64,000 nucleotides of DNA from Isurus oxyrinchus (Eukaryota): positions 40,362,001 to 40,426,000 of the forward strand of contig JANJGN010000018.1 in NCBI GenBank assembly GCA_026770705.1, given 5' to 3'. Positions within the stretch are counted from its first letter, which is position 1, and each line of letters starts with the position of its first letter. The notes below the pieces were generated by a model. It made no database searches. It was not told the DNA's origin and worked only from the letters and a program-made list of their open reading frames with translations. Positions 50,688 to 63,590 of the stretch are shown here, in pieces. Position numbers and translations under genes: made by a program.

Positions 50688-53600
50688 TTCTGACTGACCA
50701 ATGTCCTTAACCATTTTTTGACGTGGTAATTTGTCAAGAAGACTATGTAAAGCATTACAAGGTGGTAGGTTTAGATTTCTAAAATGCATTTGATAAAATT
50801 CTTCCAATTATCTCTGAAAGATTCAGAGCAAATGGAGGGAGTGGAGAAAAAATTGCTGAAGGGTAAGAAGAATGAGCTACTTTTCATAATTCATTCAGGA
50901 GATATGGGCTTTGCTGGTTGGGCCAACATTTATTGACCATCCCTAGTTGCCCTTGAGAAGGTGGTGGTGAGCTGCCTTCTTGAACCGCTGCAGTCCATGT
51001 GGTATAGGTACACCCACAGTGCTGTTAGGGAGGGAGTTCCAAGATTTTGACCCAGCAACTGTGAAGGAACGGTGATATATTTCTAAGTTAAGGTGGAGGG
51101 GAAATTTCCAGGTGGTGGTGTTCCATCTATCTGCTGCCCTTGTCCTTCTAGATGGTAGTGGTCGTAGGTTTCGAAGGTGCTGTCGAAGGAGCCTTGGTGA
51201 ATTCCTGAATTGCATCTTGTAGATGGTACACACTGCTGCTACTGTGCGTTGGTGATGGAGGGAGTGAGTGTTTGTAGATTTGGTGCCAATCAAGTGGGCT
51301 GCTTTATCCTGGACAGTGTCAAGCTTCTTGAGTGTTGTGGGAGCTGCACTCATCCAGGCAAGAGGGGAGTATTCCATCATACTCCTGACTTGTACCTTGT
51401 AGATGGTGGACAGGTTTTGGGGAGTCAGGAGGTGAGTTACTCATTGCATAATTCCTAGCCTCTGACCTGCTCTTGTAGCCACAGTATTTATATGGCCAGT
51501 CCAGTTTAGTTTCTGGTCAATGGTAACGCTCCAGGATATTGATAGTGGGGGATTCAGTGATGGTAATGCCATTGAACATCAAGGAGCAATGGTTAGATTC
51601 TCTCTTGTTGGAGATGGTCATTGCCCGATGCTTGAGTGGCGCGAATGTTATTTGCCACTTGTCAGCCTGGATATTGTCCAGGTCTTGATGCATTTGGACA
51701 TGGACTGCTTCAGTGTCTGAGGAGTCGCAAATGATGCTGAACGTTTTGCAATCATCAGCGAACATCCCCATTTCTGACTTTATGATGGGAGGAAGGTCAT
51801 TGATGAAGCAGCTGAAGATGGTTGGGCCGAGGACACTACCCTGAGGAACTCCTGTGGTGATATCCTGGAGCTGAGATGATTGACCCTCAACAATCACAAC
51901 CATCTTCCTTTGTGCTAGGTATGACTCCAGCCAATGGAGAGTTTTCCCCTGATTCCCACTGACTCCAGTTTTGCTGGGACTCCTTGATGCCACACTCTGT
52001 CAAATGTGGCCTTGATGTCAAGGGCAGTTATTCGCACCTCACCTCAGGAGTTCAGCTCTTTTGCACATGTTTGAATCAAGGCTGTAATGAGGTCAGGAAC
52101 TGAATGGCCTAGCGGGATCCAACTGGCCATCAGTGAGCAGATTATTGCTAAGCAAGTGCCACTTGATAGCACTGTTGATGACCGCTTCCATCACTTTACT
52201 GATGATGGAGAGTAGACTGAAGGGGCGGTAATTGGCCAGATTGGATTTGTCCTGCTTTTTGTGCATAGGACATACCCGGTCAATTTTCCACTATAGTCGG
52301 AATATTGCCAGGGCCCATACCCTTTGCAGTATCCAGTGCCTTCAGCCATTTCTTGAAATCACGTGGAGTAAATCAAATTGGCTAAAGACTAGCAGCTGTG
52401 ATGCTGGGGCCCTCCAGAGGAGGCCAAGATGGATTATCCACTCGGCACATCTGGCTGGATATTGTAGCAAATGCTTCAGCCTTACCTTTTGCACTAATAT
52501 GCTGGACTCCTCCATCATTGAGGATGGGGATATTTGTGGAGCCTCCTCCTCTGATGAGTTGTTTAATTGTCCACCACCATTCACGACTGGATGTGACAGG
52601 ACTGCAGAGCTTAGATCTGACCCGTTGGTTGTGGGATCACTATGCCCGGTCTATCACTTGCTGCTTTTGCTGTTTGGCACGCAACTAGTTCTGTGTTGTA
52701 GCTTCACCAGGTTGACACCTCATTTTTAGGTATGCCTGGTGCTGCTCCTGGCATGCCCTCCTGCGCTCTTCATTGAACCAGGGTTGATCCCCTGGCTTGA
52801 TGGTAATGGTAGAGTGGGGAATATGCCAGACCATGAGGTTACACAGAAATATAGGAAATAGGGGGAGTAGGCCAATCGGCCCTTCGAGCCTGCTCCGTCG
52901 TTCATTATGACCATGGCTGATCATCCAAATCAATAGCCTGCTCCTGCTTTCTCCCCATATCCTTTGATCCCTTTTGCCCCAAGAGCTATATCTAACTCTT
53001 TCTTGAAAACATACAATGTTTTGGCCTCAATTACTTTCTGTGGTAGCGAATTCCACAGGCTCACCACTCTGAGGGAAGAAATTTCTCCTCATCTCAGTCC
53101 TAAATGGTCTACCCTGTTTTCTCAGACTGTGACACCTGGTTCTGGACTCTCCTACCCTCGGAAACATCTTTACTGCATCTCCCCTGTCTAGTCCTGTTAG
53201 AATTTTAGGTTTCTATGAGATCCCCCCTCATCCTTCTGAACTCCAGCGAATATAATCCTAACTGACTCAATCTCTCCTTATACATCAGTCACGCCATTCC
53301 AGGAATCAGTCTGGTAAACCTTCATTGCACTCCCTCTATAGCAAAAACATCCTTCCTCAGATAATTTTCCAGGTGTGGTCTCATCAAGGCCCTGTATAAT
53401 TGCAGCAAGACATCCCTGCTCCTGTACTCGAATCCTCTCACTATGAAGACCAACATAACATTTGCCTTCTTTACCACCTGCTGCACCTGCATGCTTACCT
53501 TCAGTGACTGGTGTACGAGGACACCCAGGTTTCGTTGCACATTCCCCTCTCTCAATTTATAGCCATTCAAATAATAATCTGCCTTCCTGTTTTTGCTACC

Positions 53601-55134
53601 AAAGTGGATAACTTCACATTTATCCACATTATACTGCATCTGCCATGTATTTGCCCATTCACTCAGCTTGTCCAAATCGCACTGAAGCATCTCTGCATCC
53701 TCCTCACAGCTCACCCTCCCATCCAGCTTTGTGTCATCTGAAAATCTGGAGATATTACATTTAGTTCCCTCATCTAAATCATTAATATATATTGTGAATA
53801 GCTGGGGTCCCAGCAATGATCCCTGCGGTACCCTACCTGTGGCAGTCACTGCCTGCCATTCGGAAAAAGACCCGTTTATTCGTTTATTCCTACTCTTTGT
53901 TTCCTGTCTGCCAACCAGTTTTCTATCCATCTCAATACACTACTACCAATCCCATCCGCTTTAATTTTACATGTTAATCTCTTATGTGGGACTTTGTCGA
54001 AAGCCTTCTGAAGGTCCAAATAAACCACATCCACTGGCTCCCCCTCATCAACTCTACTAATTACATGCTCAAAAGTTCCAGTAGATTTGTCAAGCATGAT
54101 TTCCCTTTTGTAAATCCATGTTGACTCTGTCTGATTCTGCCACTGTTTTCCAAGTGCTCAGCTATTAAATCTTTTATAATGGACTCTAGAATTTTCCCCA
54201 CTACCTACGTCAGGCTGACTGGTCTATAATACCCTGTCTTCTCCCTACCTCCCTTTTTAAGTAGTGGGGTTTGGTTTAAATTAGCTACCCTCCAATCTGT
54301 AGGAATTCTTCCAGAGCCTATAGAATCTCAGAAGATGACCATCAATGCATGCACTATTTCTAGGGCGACTTCCTTAAGTGCTATGGGATGTAGAATATTA
54401 GGTCCTGGGGATTTATCGGCCTTCAATCCCATCAATTTCCCCAACACCATTTCCCTACTAATACTGATTTCTTTCAGTTCCTCCCTCTCACTAAACCCTG
54501 TGTTCCCCAACATTTCTGGTATGTTATTTGTGTCCTCCTTTGTGAAGACTGAACCAAAGTAGTATTTAGTTGGTCAGCCATTTCTTTGTCCCCATTATAA
54601 ATTCCACTGTTTCTGACTGTAAGGGACCTACATTTGTCTTCACCAATCTTTTTGTCTTCCTATAAAAATGTTTAGACAGTTTTTATGTTCCCCGCAAGCT
54701 TACTCTCGTTCACTATTTTCCACTTCTTAATCAATCCCTTGGTCCTCCTTTGCTGAATTCTAAACTGCTCCCAATCCTCAGGTCTGTTGTTTTTTCTGGC
54801 CAATTTGTATTCCTCTTTCTTGGATCTGATACTATCTCTAATTTCCCTTGTAAACCATGGTTTGGCCAGACCCATGCGCTCTTTGAATGTTTGCCATTGC
54901 CTATCCACCGTCATCCCTTTAAGTAACGTTTCCCAATCCATTATAGCCAACTTGCACCTCATACCATCGTAGATCCCTTTATTAAGATTCAGGACCCTAG
55001 TCTCAGAATCAACAACATCACTCTACATCTTGATGAAGAATTCTATCATATTATGGTCGCTCATCCCCAAGGGGCCTCGCACAACTGGACTGCCAATTAT
55101 TCGTTTCTCATCACACAATACACAGTCTAGGATA

Positions 55135-58100
55135 AAAACAAAAAAACGGCAGATGCTGGAAATCCAAAACAAAAACAGAATTACCTGGAAAAACTCAGCA
55201 GGTCTGGCAGCATCGATGGAGAAGAAAAGTGTTGACGGTTCGAGTCCTCATGACCCTTCGACAGAACTTGAGTGAGTCCAAGAAAGGGGTGAAATATAAG
55301 CTGGTTTAAGGTGTGTTGGGGGGGGAGGTGTTTGGATGGGGGGAGAGACAGAGAAGTGGAGGGGGTTGGTCTGGTTGTAGAGACAAACAAGCAGTGATAG
55401 AAGCAGATAATCAAAAGATGTCACAAACAACAGAACAAAAGAACACATAGGTGTTAAATTTGGTGATATTATCTAAACGAATGTGCTAATTAAGAATGGA
55501 TGGTAGGGCACTCAAGGTATAGCTCTAGTGGGGGTGGGGGAGCATAAAAGATTTAAAAATATTTAAAAATAATGGAAATAGGTTGGAAAAGAAAAATCTA
55601 TATAATTTATTGGAAAAAACAAAAGGAAAGGGAAAACAGAAAGGGGGTGGGAATGGAGGAGGGAGCTCAAGACCTAAAGTTGTTGAATTCAATATTCAGT
55701 CCGGAAGGCTGTAAGGTGCCTAGTCGGAAGATGAGGTGTTGTTCCTCCAGTTTGTGTTGGGCTTCATTGGAACAATGCAGCAAGCCAAGGACAGACATGT
55801 GGGCAAGAGAGCAGGGTGGAGTGTTAAAATGGCAAGCGAACTGAGAGAATGGGATGGAGTCCTTACAGGAAGCGGGGTGTGAGGAGCTGTAGTCGAGGTA
55901 GCTGTGGGAGTCGGTAGGTTTGTAATGGATATTGGTGGACAGTCTATCACCAGAGATTGAGACAGAGAGGTCAAGGAAGGGAAGGGAAGTGTCAGAGATG
56001 GACCACGTGAAAATGATGGAGGGGTGGCGATTGGAAGCAAAACTAATAAATTTTTCCAAGTCCCGACGAGAGCATGAAGCAGCACCAAAGTAATCATCGA
56101 TGTACCGGAGAAAGAGTTGTGGGAGGGGGCCGGAGTAGGACTGGAACAAGGAATGTTCCACATACCCCATGAAGAGACAGGCATAGCTGGGGCCCATGCA
56201 GGTACCCATAGCCACACTTTTTATTTGGAGCAAGTGAGAGGAGTTGAAGGAGAAATTGTTCAGTGTGAGAACAAGTTCAGCCGGACGGAGGAGAGTAGTG
56301 GTGGATGGGAATTGTTCAGGCCTCTGTTCGAGGAAGAAGCTAAGGGCCCTCAGACCATCCTGGTGGGGGATGGAGGTGTAGAGGGATTGGACGTCCATGG
56401 TGAAGAGGAAGCGGTTGGGGCCAGGGAACTGGAAACTGTTGATGTGACGTAAGGTGTCAGAGGAATCACGGATGTAGGTGGGAAGGGACTGGACAAGGGG
56501 AGAGAGAAGGGAGTCAAGATAATGAGAAATGAGTTCTATGGGGCAGGAGCAAGCTGAGACGATCGGTCTACCGGGGCAGTTCTGTTTGTGGATTTTGGGT
56601 AGGAGATAGAAGCGGGCCGTCCGAGGTTGGGCGACTATCAGGTTGGAAGCTGTGGAAGGAAGATCCCCAGAGGAGAGAGGTCAGTGACAGTCCTGGAAAC
56701 AATGGCTTGATGTTCAGTGGTGGGGTCATGGTCCAGGGAGAGGTAGGAGGAAGTGTCTGCGAGTTGACGCTCAGCCTCCGCGAGGTAGAGGTCAGTGCGC
56801 CAGACAACAACAGCACCACCCTTGTCAGCGGATTTGATGACAATGTCAGGGTTGGACCTGAGAGAACGGAGTGCAGTAAGTTCAGAGAGAGAGAGATTAG
56901 AATGGGTGAGAGGAGCAGAGAAATTGAGATGACTAATGTCGCGCCGACAGTTCTCAATGAAAAGATCAAGAGAAGGTAAGAATCCAGAGGGAGGGGTCCA
57001 GGTGGAGGGAGAATATTGGAGGTGGGTGAAAGGATCCGTTGAACAGGGAGAGGACTCCTGCCCAAAGAAGTGAGCCCGGAGACGAAGACGGAGGAAGAAG
57101 AGTTCAGCATCATGCCGAGCCCAAAATTCATTGAGGTGAGGGCGTAAGGGTATGAAACTAAGTCCTTTGCTGAGCACTGAATGTTCAGCATCGGAGAGGG
57201 GAAGGTCAGAGGGTATAGTGAATACACGGCTGGGGCTGGGATTGGAAGATGGGGTGGGGACGGAGGGACAGGCAGGGGTGGAGGGTCCTAGATGGGTGTT
57301 GGTGTCGATGAGTTGTTGGAGCTTGCGTTCCTTAGCACTTGAGAGAAAGAGAAAAAGTTTCTTGTTGAGTCTTCGGATGAGCTTGAGAATAAAATGAAAC
57401 TGGGGACATGCACAGCTTTGAAAAAGGGTACGGCGGTGCTGCTGGAGGGAGAGGTCGAGTGTGTTCATATGGCGGCGCATGGCACTGAGTGTGGATTTCA
57501 GAATATGACGGGAACAGCAGTCCGAGAACTTGTTCTCACACTGAACAATTTCTCCTTCAACTCCTCTCACTTGCTCCAAATAAAAGGTGTAGCTATGGGT
57601 ACCCGCATGGGCCCCAGCTATGCCTGTCTCTTTATGGGGTATGTGGAACATTCCTTGTTCCAGTCCTACTCCGGCCCCCTTCCACAACACTTTCTCTGGT
57701 ACATCGATGATTACTTCGGTGCTGCTTCATACTCTCATCGGGACTTGGAAAAATTTATTAATTTTGCTTCCAATCTCCACCCCTCCATCATTTTCACGTG
57801 GTCCATCTCTGACACTTCCCTTCCCTTCCTTGACCTCTCTGTCTCAATCTCTGGTGATAGACTGTCCACCAATATCCATTACATACCTACCGACTCCCAC
57901 AGCTACCTCGACTACAGCTCCTCACACCCCGCTTCCTGTAAGGATTCCATCCCATTCTCTCAGTTCCTTCGCCTCCGTCGCATCTGTTCCGATGATGCTA
58001 CCTTCAAAAACAGTTCCTCTCACATGTCCTCCTTCTTCCTTAACCGAGGTTTTCCACCCACGGTCGTTGACAAGGCCCTCAACCGTGTCCGGCCCATCTC

Positions 58101-59271
58101 ACGCGCATCTGCCCTCACGCCTTCTCCTCCCTCCCAGAAACATGATAGGGTCCCCCTTGTCCTCACTTATCACCCCACCAGCCTCCGCATTCAAAGGATC
58201 ATCCTCTGCCATTTCCGCCAACTCCAGCATGATGCCACCACCAAACACATCTTCCCTTCACCCCCCCTATTGGCATTCTGCAGGGATCGTTCCCTCCCGG
58301 ACACCCTGGTCCACTCCTCCATCACCCCCTACTCCTCAACCCCCTCCTATGGCACCAACCCATGCCCACGCAAAAGATGCAACACCTGCCCCTTCACTTC
58401 CTCTCTCCTCACCGTCCAAGGGCCCAAACACTCCTTTCAAGTGAAGCAGCATTTCACTTGCATTTCCCCCAACTTAGTCTACTGCATTCGTAGCTCCCAA
58501 TGTGGTCTCCTCTACATTGGAGAGACCAAACGTAAACTGGGCGACCGCTTTGCAGAACACCTGCGGTCTGTCCGCAAGAATGACCCAAACCTCCCTGTCG
58601 CTTGCCATTTTAACACTCCACCCTGCTCTCTTGCCCACATGTCTGTCCTTGGCTTGCTGCATTGTTCCAGTGAAGCCCAACGCAAACTGGAGGAACAGCA
58701 CCTCATCTTCCGACTAGGCACTTTACAGCCTTCCGGACTGAATACTGAATTCAACAACTTTAGGTCTTGAGCTCCCTCCTCCATCCCCACGCCCTTTCTG
58801 TTTCCCCCTTCCTTTTGTTTTTTCCAATAAATTATATAGATTTTTCTTTTCCAACCTATTTCCATTATTTTTAAATAGTTTTAAATCTTTTATGCTCCCC
58901 CCACCCCCACTAGAGCTATACCTTGAGTGCCCTACCATCCATTCTTAATTAGCACATTCGTTTAGATAATATCACCAACTTTAACAACTATGTGTTCTTT
59001 TGTTCTGTTGTTTGTGACATCTTTTGATTATCTGCTTCTATTACTGCTTGTTTGTCCCTACAACCAGACCAATCCCCTCCACTTCTCTGTCTCTCCCCCC
59101 ACCCAAACCGCACCCCCCGCCCAACACACCTTAAACCAGCTTATATTTCACCCCTTTCTTGGACTCACTCAAGTTCTGTCGAAGGGTCATGAGGACTCGA
59201 ACCGTCAACTCTTCTTCTCCGCCGATGCTGCCAGACCTGCTGAGTTTTTCCAGGTAATTCTGTTTTTGTCC
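55135..59271. mobile_element. Penelope-like element: inverted head-to-head dimer with a 12-bp TSD
   Basis: TSD cagtctaggata at 55123-55134 and 59272-59283. Left arm (minus, 55135-~57525) has KSADKG and YIDD. Right arm (plus, ~57525-59271) has YIDD and GIY-YIG. Confidence 0.9.
57527..58770 (+). pseudogene. Penelope RT C-terminal half plus GIY-YIG endonuclease, open but 5'-truncated
   Basis: GVAMGTRMGPSYACLFM..WYIDD..LPFLDL..LVYCIRSSQCGLLYIGETKRKLGDRFAEH. Confidence 0.88.
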
Positions 59272-60944
59272 CAGTCTAGGATAGCCTGTTCTCTAGTTGG
59301 TTCCTCAACATATTGGTCCAGAAAAACATCCCGTACACACTCCAGGAATTCCTCCTCTACGGTATTGTTATTAATTTGATTTGCCCAATCTATATGCATA
59401 TTAAAGTCACCTATATTTACAGATGTTTCTTTATTGCATGCGTCTCTAATTTCCTGTTTAATGCCATTCCCAACATCACCACTACAGTTTGGGGGTCAAT
59501 ATACAATCCCCTCTATCGTTTTTTGTGCTTAGTGTTTCTCAGCTCTACCCATACAGATTCCACATCGTTGGAGCTAATATCTTTCCTCACTATTACGTTA
59601 ATTTCCTCTTTAACCAACAATGCAATTCCACCGCTTTTTCCTTTTTGTCTGTCCTTCGCAAATACTGAATACCCCTGGATGTTCAGTTCCCATCCCTGGT
59701 CACCCTGCAGCCATATCTCTGTAATCCTGATTATATCATACCTGTTTACATCTATTTGTGTGACTAATTCATCCACTTTATTGTGAATGCTCCTCGCTTT
59801 AAGGCACAAAGTCTTGAGGCTTGTCTTTTTAACATTACTTGTCCCGTTCCCACTATTTTTCACTGAGGCCCTGTTTGATTCTTGCCCTTGATTTCTCTGC
59901 CTATCACTTTTCTTATTCCCCTTTCTGTCTTTTGTTCTTGTCCTTGATTCCCCCTCTTCTGACTCCTTGCATAGGTTCCTATCCCCCTGCCATTTTAGTT
60001 TAAACCCTCCCCAACCACTCTAGCAAATATTCCCCCTAGGACATCAGTCCCGGTCCTGCCCAGGTGTAACTCATCCAGTTTGTACTGATCCCACCTCCCC
60101 CAGATTGTGTTCAAGTGCAATTCTGCTGCTGCTGATCTTGATTTGCCAGGTCTGTTTGGAATCTATCCCATTTAGCACTGTGCTAGTGCCACACAACATG
60201 ATGGAGCGTATCCTCCATGTGAATGGCTGTGCGGTGGTCACTCCTACTGATACTGTCATGGACAAGATGCATCTGCGGCAAACAGGTTGGTGAGGATGAG
60301 GTCAAGTATGTTTTTCCCTCTTGTTGATTCCCTGACCACCTGCCGCAGACCCAGTCCAGGAGCTATGTCCTTTAGGCTTTGGTCAGTAGTGGTGCTGCCA
60401 AACAACTCTTGGTGATGGACATTGATGTCCCCCATTCAGAGTACATTCTGCCCTTGCTACCCCCAGTGCTTCCTCCAAGTGGTGTTCAACATGGAGAAGC
60501 ACTGATTCATCAGCTGAGGGAGGGAGGTACATGATAATCAGCAGAGGTTTCCTTGCCCATGTTTGACTGACCCGATGCCATGAGGTCCACAGTCACTGTT
60601 GATGACTCCCAGGGCAGGTCCCACCCAACTGTATACCACTGTGCCGCCACCTCTGCTGGGCCTGTCCCAAGTGGGTCAGGACATATCCAATGATGGTGAT
60701 GGAGGAGTCTGGGGCATTATCTCTAAGGTATGATTCTGTGAGGATAACTATGTTTAACACCACTTGACTAGTCTGTGAGACAGCTCTCCCAATTTTGCCA
60801 CTAGCCTCCAGGGCCTGAATTTTTCCCGCGTCAGGAGCGATTTCATGCAGGTGGACCAATTAAGGCCCGCCCAGAGTGGACTGCGAGTGGTAGCACTGAG
60901 CACTACCTGTGCGGGCAGGGGGAGGAGGGAGAGTCGGGTCTTGT

Positions 60945-61185
60945 GACTTGAGTGGCTTGCTTTACTTTAAGAGTCAATCACATTGCTGTGGGTCTCGTGT
61001 AGGCCAGACCAGGTCAGGATGACATAAGTGAACAGATGGGCTTTTTTTAAAACAACAATCGACTTTTAATCGAATTCAAATTCCACCAACTGCCGTGACA
61101 GGATTCAAACCCGGGTCCCCAGAGTGTTATCCTGAGTTTCTGGATTACAAGCCCAGCAACAATACCACTACGCCATCACCTCCCC
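60945..61185 (-). mobile_element. tRNA-derived SINE (same family as 36140-36500)
   Basis: A box TGGCGTAGTGG and B box GGTTTGAATCC on the minus strand. Confidence 0.75.
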
Positions 61186-61743
61186 ATGACTTGGGGTTAT
61201 ATCATTGATGGGGAAGTATAGAAACAGCTTAAGGTTTCATTTCTCTGGAAACAAACCAATGGAATAATTATTGTAAGGTGATGGCAGCTGTTGCTAGTTG
61301 GAAAAGAAGCAATGGTCAGACGTTGTCTTTGCAATAATGGAAGAGCAACTGGATAGATACTGAAAACAAAAGGCCATACTACAAAGCATTGTCTGTGTAT
61401 TTAGCCTTGCTTGATAGCCTAATAAGCAAGTAAACCACTTCGCACGGATACCTATTCTGAACAGTTCATAACAGCCCTTAGCAAACAGCTTTAAACATAA
61501 GTAACTGATAATCCAAACAATGAGACCTCTGAATGTTAATTGAAGGGCAGAGATGAGGGAGTTATAAAATTGGTCATGGGAGACAGCCTATGGTGAGCTA
61601 CATAGAATATACAACACAGAAACAGGCCATTCGTCCCAACCAGTCCATGTCAGTGTTTATGCTCCACATGGACTTCCTCACTTTTTTCAGCTAAATCTAC
61701 CATTGCAACCATCTATTCTCTCCTACCCCATATGCTAGCCTGG

Positions 61744-62870
61744 TGTCATGAGCGCAGGTCATAGCCCTGAATCACTAATCGACGTCTTGAACTTATAAGT
61801 AAGACCTGTTTTTTTTTTAAGAAAGGACCTATAGGCAAAAGCTGGCCGACACTATAAAGTAACCACTTGCTGGAAAATTCCTATGTGGAGTACTTCACCA
61901 ACTAGTCCGGGGAGAATAGAATGTCGCACTTAAAAAGGCATGACAAGGCCTACTTCAGACAGAGACAGACAAGGCCTACTTCAGACAGAGGCACTTCAAA
62001 GGAAAAGATACAATGCTAAAACTGAACTGTTATCTCCTATGGTTGCACAGATAATGAAAAATGATTACCATCTCAGCAAAAAGACACCTCCTGCTGAGTT
62101 ATATCCCAGACCATGGACATGAACTGAGTTGAAAAGAAAACAGATCTGCGCAAAAGAATACACAAGGAAAGGGATTTTAAAAAGCAACACTGGTCTGTGT
62201 GTGTTAGTTTTGGTGCTCTGTTCTGGTGCTGGGGTGTGCTGTGAAGGTCACGGCTAAAAAACATTAACTCGGCATCTCTGCACTTGCAGCTCAAAATGTC
62301 CTCCCCCCACCCCTCTAATTCCGGAAACAAGTCACAAGCCAGCAAAGCCACAGTCAAAAACGAAACAAATAACTCCTTTTCAGTTAACGTGCAGAGCCAA
62401 AGATTTCAAAACTCACTGCTCAACTTCCCATATCAGCTCTACCGGAATCACCCAACTTAACACCACAATGTTTTGCCATCTACTCCTTGTGGGCAAGCCA
62501 AAGGTCTGATTCATATATCTTTTCAACCTTTATTTTTGGACTCAATTTCTCATTTCTAATCTTTGTATACGTGTGTTGCATTTTTATTATTTTTCTCATG
62601 TTTACTAACTAGTAAACTCACTCTTTCTTTGACTCAAGACAGCCTGGTTAAATTGGCTCATTTTAAAACATAAACACATATAGACTGGGGAAAAGGTATC
62701 CATGAGAGAAGAGATCCTTTTTAAATTAACCTTGTTGTGACCAACTGAGGAGGCTGAATAAAGATGGGGAGCCAGCTCATTCCTCCTCACCCAGAAGCAT
62801 AACAATTTGGGCTAACTCATCTGGAATCATAACAAATTGGGGGAGCCTCACTGGGAACTGGTCTTATCAC
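61744..62870 (+). mobile_element. ERV-like LTR with two tRNA-Pro PBS-like remnants at its 3' end
   Basis: Starts tgtcatga and is absent from duplication copy A. Ends ..cataaca-atttgggctaactcatctggaat-cataaca-aattgggggagcctcactgggaa.. Confidence 0.6.
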
Positions 62871-63369
62871 GACTTTTGCTTTAAATGCATCTATACTGTT
62901 CACTTCAACCACTCCATGTTGTGGTGAGTTCCATATTCTTATCACTTTTGGATGAAGATGTTTCTTCTGAATTCCCAATTGGCTACCTTGGTGACTATCT
63001 TATATTGATGACCTCCAAGTTGAAGAAAGATCATGCAAAGGCCTAACTGATCAAGGATAGAAGGTATTTCTGGAATTTCAAGAAACTAATGGAGGTGGAT
63101 AAGATTAGGGCATTCTTTTATCCAATGGTTTAGACAAAAATGATATGATATTGGGCATTTTATATGTAAAGAAATCTTTATGGGGCAAAGAGGCTCTGTC
63201 AAAAATACATTCAGTCTCACCCCTGGAAAAGGGGGCTAAATTAAGAGACTTTGGAGTCCACAGTGCAGTAGGCAGTGGAGAGAAATTCATAAGGATAGAT
63301 TCATACTAATACTCTTGGGTAGATTGGGAAGTCTCGAAGGTGTGAAGTTGCGGAAAAAACAGAGGAGGA

Positions 63370-63590
63370 AAGAAATGACCAGGTGGCACAAAAGAGGGCT
63401 CAGTAGAAGGAAATAACATCAGTTGACCTCGGGTCCAATGCTATTATCTGTGCCAGCTGCAGAAGGGACTGCCACTCACGAGTCAGCCTCCACACCTACA
63501 ATACACTGTGTTCAACCCAGAAGTGACATACACCCCAGGCACAGTCCAGTACTCCCAAGATCGATGGTGCAAATGAAGACATGAGGTACC
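63370..63590 (+). mobile_element. RTE-clade LINE 3' fragment
   Basis: Reads CASCRRDCHSRVSLH, resembling the C-terminal Cys/His motif of RTE ORFs. Absent from duplication copy A. Confidence 0.5.

Larger units (their letters stand above)
52846..60100 (-). mobile_element. CR1 LINE family A (pieces 52846-55134 and 59272-60100), 5'-truncated in ORF1, split by a Penelope dimer
   Basis: VPQGSLLGPQLFTIYINDL..FSDDTKL, DLQKAFDKVPH and KTLCLKARSIHNK (APE). 3' tail near 52850. Confidence 0.88.
50870..60790 (-). mobile_element. CR1-group LINE family B (pieces 50870-52845 and 60100-60790), split by a CR1 family A element
   Basis: Endonuclease IVILTESYL..GYVL at 60600-60780. RT VPQGSVLGPTIFSCFINDL..MFADDC at 51520-51990. 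3' tail near 50880. Confidence 0.85.

Noticed and set aside
57394-57526. N-terminal part of the 458-aa ORF, and likewise 57527-57690 of the 350-aa minus ORF
   Set aside because: Read-through across the inversion junction into the antisense strand of the other arm; not a real N-terminus.
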